A DNA stretch of 63,513 bases, the filler included, from Thraustochytrium aureum (Eukaryota), in assembly GCA_012862495.1 (NCBI GenBank). It is 5 parts of 4 records of this genome, joined end to end, with 100 filler letters (N's around TTAATTAATTAA, not from the genome) between each part and the next. Parts side by side here need not be neighbours in the genome. Positions count along the whole stretch, not along the records: positions 59,106 to 63,513 come from BLSG01000315.1; 4 more parts are not named here. The stretch is one strand, 5' to 3'. Shown here in pieces: positions 59,253-63,513 of this stretch. Position 1 is the stretch's first letter. The number at the start of each line of letters is the position of its first letter. The translations under genes and the position numbers were made by a program. The notes beneath the pieces were generated by a model. That model worked only from the letters and a program-made list of their open reading frames with translations. It did no database searches and was not told the origin of the DNA.

Positions 59253-59744
59253 TTGAAAGGCGAGGCCGAGACAGTCTGGATAGCGCGGGTCGTGATTGTG
59301 CCAACGGGGTTGGAGCTGGAGCTGGAGCGGGCGGGGGCGCGCCAGAACGCCGACCGTCCTCATTGCGATAGGGGCAGCGGCCACGATAGTGGTTGTGGCG
59401 ACAAGGACCATGACAGTGACAACGATGGCAAGAGGAGCGTCGGTGACTGTGACGGGAGTAGCAGCAGCAACAGCGGCGACAACACGCCCACACAAAGCAG
59501 CGAGCCGACACCGGAAGCCCAAGAGACCCTGAAGAAGGGCAAGAAACGCGTTTCGGCACCAGAATCTACCCAAGAGCAAACCGACAAGAAGCGCGTTCGG
59601 GCCCCCAACGCGGCGCGGCCCAAGCTTGGCCTCGACTCTGGCAGGATCCAAAAGGAGCTAGCGCGAATCCGCGCGTACTACACAGAAGTAGACTGCTCCC
59701 CCCTCATCAAGGTTAGAGTCGGCAGCGACTCTGAGCAAAAATGA
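59253..59744 (+). CDS. Small hydrophilic protein with a sororin-like C-terminal motif (start uncertain)
   Basis: Disordered basic/acidic body ending KELARIRAYYTEVDCSPLI, similar to the RAYFxEID..EL type sororin C-terminus. Confidence 0.4.
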   Translation: MKGEAETVWIARVVIVPTGLELELERAGARQNADRPHCDRGSGHDSGCGDKDHDSDNDGKRSVGDCDGSSSSNSGDNTPTQSSEPTPEAQETLKKGKKRVSAPESTQEQTDKKRVRAPNAARPKLGLDSGRIQKELARIRAYYTEVDCSPLIKVRVGSDSEQK

Positions 59745-59857
59745 GACTGGCAGCCTCTAGAGTTTGAATCGATTGTGCGACGCCAGCAATTGAGGCTGGC
59801 ATCACAACACTCGCGCGTCTCTCGACCAGGTGCCTACCGATAATCGCAGTCCAAAAA

Positions 59858-60352
59858 CTAATCCATTTGAGTATTTACGTTCTTGATTCCAAGCGTGTGG
59901 TCGAGGAAGCTCGCGCGCGAGGCGCTGGCCACGACGAGGTAGGGCAGCGCGACGACGGGCACGGCGAAGAGTGAAGCCAGTGCGAAGCGGAAGGTGAAGT
60001 CGTCTGAGTCGCTCGGTCGGATCATCTCCGCCAGGCAGGTGAGCGTGAACACAATGAGCAGCACGCGCGTGGCTGTCGCAGCGAGCGCGACCGGGGAGCC
60101 GTTCGTGCAGGCGTTGTCGGTGCTGAGCGGCACGGGCGCGATCGGCACGAACTCGGCGAGTCCGAAGAAGCCCGTAAGCATGGCCACCACGACCCAGGAC
60201 CACTGTGGCGCCGCGTAGCTCACGGCCAGCAGCAAGAGCAGCAGCACGAGGAAGGAGTGGTCGAAGAGGGTCATCAGCAGCGGGTAACCGTACCAGAAAG
60301 CCGAGAGGCCCTCCACCCACCGCGGGCGCGCCTGTGGGCCGGTCGCGTCCAT
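59858..60352 (-). CDS. Small multi-pass membrane protein, possibly viral
   Basis: 164 aa, about 4 hydrophobic segments, 29-bp spacer to the upstream gene. Confidence 0.55.
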   Translation of the reverse strand: MDATGPQARPRWVEGLSAFWYGYPLLMTLFDHSFLVLLLLLLAVSYAAPQWSWVVVAMLTGFFGLAEFVPIAPVPLSTDNACTNGSPVALAATATRVLLIVFTLTCLAEMIRPSDSDDFTFRFALASLFAVPVVALPYLVVASASRASFLDHTLGIKNVNTQMD

Positions 60353-60381
60353 GTCTCTGGCCAGGGCCTAGATTTTTCCCG

Positions 60382-61074
60382 CTAGAACTTGGCGGGGCCC
60401 TCGCTCGGCATCGCGTCGTAAAAGCCCACGTTCTTGTCCACCGCCCAGGCGGGGTGCAGTCGCGGGAACACGTCTTGCTGCACGCCGTATAGGTCCATGA
60501 CGTGCGTGCGGTCGCTCGTGGCGATTGGGCGGTCGATCGTCGCCCACTCGCGCTCGGGGTTGCGGAAGAGCGTCAGGTCGGGGTCCGCGTGCGCGTAGGG
60601 CATCTCGTCGGCCACGCCGTGCCTGGCCCACCCCTCCTGTGCGTAGTGATTCATCATCTGCGCGAGCCCGGGCAGCTCGTCGGCCACCTCTCGCGCGGCG
60701 CCCTCCAGCAGGCGCGCGATGATCTGCTCGTGCGTCTCCTGCTCCACCATGACGTTTCGCGTCGCCGGTTCGACGCCGTAGAAGGCGGCCATCTCGGGCT
60801 CCTCGTAGACCCCGTAATTGGGCATCTGGAACTGCTGGTCGGGCCCCTGGTTTACGGCGAAGCGGCGCTGCAGCACCTCCATGAACCTCTCGCGCATCTC
60901 GGGGCTGTAAGCCAGCTGGCCGCCGCCGAAGCGGCCCGCGAGGATGTCCAAGCCGCGTCTGATCACCTCTGGCTTGAAGATCTCATCCTGCAGGAGGGCG
61001 TCGCCGCGGACGACGCGGTAGTAGAGTGACTGGTTGTCCTGGCCGGCGTCTGCGTGGAAGCGCGGGTGTGCCAT
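60382..61074 (-). CDS. Hypothetical protein weakly resembling NCLDV minor capsid P8/DUF5761
   Basis: Intact 230-aa ORF; L...IF..E.I, QII..LL......V..EL.....Y and IDRPIATS recall the P8 pattern (judged by eye). Confidence 0.4.
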   Translation of the reverse strand: MAHPRFHADAGQDNQSLYYRVVRGDALLQDEIFKPEVIRRGLDILAGRFGGGQLAYSPEMRERFMEVLQRRFAVNQGPDQQFQMPNYGVYEEPEMAAFYGVEPATRNVMVEQETHEQIIARLLEGAAREVADELPGLAQMMNHYAQEGWARHGVADEMPYAHADPDLTLFRNPEREWATIDRPIATSDRTHVMDLYGVQQDVFPRLHPAWAVDKNVGFYDAMPSEGPAKF

Positions 61075-61140
61075 GCTCGCCCTGCACTCGTGCGAGACAA
61101 AAAATCACACGCCAGCGATCATGGGTGCGCGTGCGTTTCG

Positions 61141-63461
61141 CTAGCACACGACCATGGGCTTGCGTTCCCCAGCGGAGACGTGGTCGGACACGTCGAGGTG
61201 GAACACCTCGAGCGAGAGCAGCAGCTGCCGGNNNNNNNNNNNNNNNNNNNNNNNNNNNNNNNNNNNNNNNNNNNNNNNNNNNNNNNNNNNNNNNNNNNNN
61301 NNNNNNNNNNNNNNACCGAGCGCAGGACGACGCCGCCGATGGCGCGCACGGTGAGGTTCAGCCTGCGCAGTCGCGGGATGGGCTTGGAGAGAAGGCGAGC
61401 GCCGAGGGGAAGCTCTGTCGCGTGGTGCGGGCCGTGGCGAGGTCCCCGAGGCCGCGCTGCGGGAAGACCGCCTCCCAGGGGCTGCTCTCCGGTATCCATC
61501 GATGTAGAGGTAGATTGCGCGCGGGGAGACCCTCGTGGCCTCCAGGTCGACCGAGTCGTCGACCAGGCCGCCCTCCATCTGTGTGTTGGCCGCGCGGAGG
61601 CGAAGGACGCGCACGCCGCCCGCCTGGTCCGCGCCGACAAGCGGCACAGAGCCGATGGCGACCGTGCCGCCGTCGGCGGAGAGCGACACGGAGAAGCCCA
61701 CCTCGTCGCCTATTCTGTCGCCGCCAATGCTGGAGTCCCGTTGGGTCCAGAGCCCCTCCCAGGCCCCATTCGCGAAGCGCACGATGCGGGCGCTGCCCCT
61801 CCCGCTCTCCGCCTGGGGCGAGCCGGCGGCGAGCGTCTGGCCGTCGCCGGACAGCGCGACCGACCAGCCGAACTTCTCGGAGCCTTCTTCGCCAAAGATG
61901 GTGGCGCCCTTCTGCACCCACGAGCCAGAATCGAGGAGGAAGACGCGCACGCGGCCGTAGTCTTGCAGTGTGGCGCCCTTGCTCCAGGGGGCGCCCGCGG
62001 CCACCGTCTCGCCGTCCGCGGATAGCGAGACCGACGAGCCGAGTCGGTCCCCGCCCTCCTCGCCATCCACGTCGGCCCCAAGCTGGGTCCAGGTGCCCGC
62101 CAGCAGCCGAAACACGCGGACCCTCCCTGCCTGGAAGGCTCCCAGGAGGCTGAAGGGCGACCCTACTGCGACGGTTTCGCCATCGGCCGCGAGGGCCACC
62201 GACCAGCCGGCGCCGTCCCAGAGGGCCTGGCCCTCGATCTTGGCGCCGAGCTGGACCCAGGAGTTCGAAACGAGGCGAAACACGCGCACGTGGCCCTCGC
62301 CCGAGGAAAACAGGCTGTCGCTGTCTGGCGAACCGATCGCGACCGTGTTGCCGTCTGCCGAGAGCGAGACGGAAAACCCCTGTTTCGTCGCCGGAGCTCG
62401 AGCCCTCCGATGGTGGCGCCAAGTTGCTCCCAGTCGCCGGAGACGAGTCGGTAGACGCGCGTGCTGCCCATGCCGGGGTCGGTGCTGTCGTTGTAGGGCG
62501 CGCCGACCGCGATGGTGTTTCCGTCTGCAGAAAGCGCGACCGAGAACCCGAACAGGTCGTTGTCGGTCGCGCCCGAGGTCCCGAACGAGCCGTCGTCGGC
62601 CCCCGTGATCACGGAGCCGAGCTGGTCCCACTGGCCGGCGACGAGTCGGTGCACCCGCACGATGCTCAGAGGGGCGCTGCCCTGGCCAGCGAAAGGCGAG
62701 CCGATTGCCACGGTGTTTCCGTCTGCAGAGAGGGCTGCCGGGCGGCCGTCTTGGCCCCAACTCTCCACGCTGGTGCTGATCTGGTCGCCCAGCGCCTGCC
62801 ACACTTGGTCGGTGCCACCAGCGGGCACACTGAGGCTCGACGTACGGGACGAGAGGTTGAGTCGCTTCGCGAGCAAGGGGTCAATGAGCTGGGTCTCGAC
62901 GCGGAAACTGTACCTGGGCTCGGTCTCGGGTAGGTTGCCCTCGCCGTCGGCGAGGAAGATGGCGTAGGTGTCTGTGCTGGAGAGAAACATGAAGCTGAAG
63001 GTGACGTCCGTCACGCCCGGGTGGTTCGTCTGGAGCGCGAGCGTGAGCATCTCCGCGATGTCCTGGACGAGCGCGCCCGCGTAGCGTAGTCGCTTGCGGC
63101 GCGTGGGGACCTTCCGCGGCTCGCCCTGGATCAGCGAGCTCGCGAAGCGCACGCGCCTTGGGGCCCTGTGCGGCAGCGAATCGTCTATCTGGAGCTGGTC
63201 GGTGCGCAGCGTGGTCTCCCAGCCCGTGTCGAGGTTGCGCAGCGTGACCACGAAGGGGCTCGTGACCACGGAGGCCGCGGGGAGCGAGAAGGACTGGAGC
63301 TCCACGCCGACCACGTTCTCGACGAAGTGCGGCATCTCCAGAGTGGCGCGGATCGTGTCTTGGCCGAAGCGCACGTCCGACATGGCCTTCTCGGCGTGGA
63401 AGAGGCTGCTCTGGAGGAAGGGCCTGGCCGAGTCTGTCACGGCGTGCCCGAAGCTCGGCAT
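61141..63461 (-). CDS. Penton/minor-capsid-like single jelly-roll protein with inserted FG-GAP-type beta-propeller; frameshifts near 62390 and 61485, N gap
   Basis: N-terminal LEMPHFVENVVGVELQSFSLP and C-terminal IYLYIDGY...PIPRLRRLNLTVRAIGG...LLLSLEVF match NCLDV/Polinton-type penton-like motifs. About 7 repeats of (F/G)GxSV(A/S)LSADGxT(V/I)A(I/V)G(A/S)P...VRV(F/Y)RL...WxQLG lie between them. Confidence 0.65.
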
Positions 63462-63480
63462 GTTGGGTCTGCCGAGGGGC

Positions 63481-63500
63481 GAGAGAAAAGTTTTTCTCTC
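63481..63500. promoter_or_regulatory. Inverted repeat GAGAGAAAA-GT-TTTTCTCTC just upstream of the penton-like ATG
   Basis: Perfect 9-bp arms directly visible; function inferred only. Confidence 0.35.
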
Positions 63501-63513
63501 GGTCGCAGGAGAG

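Larger units (their letters stand above)
59858..63513 (-). mobile_element. Candidate endogenous large dsDNA virus segment (extends beyond the window)
   Basis: Three tightly packed co-oriented ORFs with no evident introns, visibly more GC-rich than the flank, with virion-protein-like motifs; no hallmark MCP, polymerase or packaging ATPase within the window. Confidence 0.5.

Overview
GC-rich, gene-dense, intron-poor eukaryotic DNA; a thraustochytrid/labyrinthulomycete-like protist is my inference from gene content and style, not proven. The window is five draft scaffolds joined by artificial N44-TTAATTAATTAA-N44 linkers (1-21704, 21805-50094, 50195-57287, 57388-59005, 59106-63513), with many internal N gaps and single-base indels that split genes. 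Housekeeping genes include TBCB, VPS36, MAK16, a MIC13-like gene, a GT77 transferase, an NRF-6-type acyltransferase, acyl-CoA dehydrogenase, ALDH3, MDP1, a fucokinase-like fragment and a CCHC knuckle protein. Highlights: (1) a 12-kb candidate immune locus in which a tryptophan 2,3-dioxygenase-like/kynureninase-like PLP fusion gene sits between two NLR-like genes (TIR-NACHT and kinase-NACHT-ankyrin); (2) a compact same-strand gene block at the right end that looks like an endogenous giant-virus virion module (penton-like jelly roll with an inserted beta-propeller, plus a P8-like minor capsid protein); (3) a soluble-looking cytochrome P450-cytochrome b5 fusion with atypical motifs; (4) an IQ-less myosin ending in a CaaX box; (5) a prokaryote-style GHKL/MORC-like ATPase. 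All family assignments come from motif recognition by eye; no searches were run.
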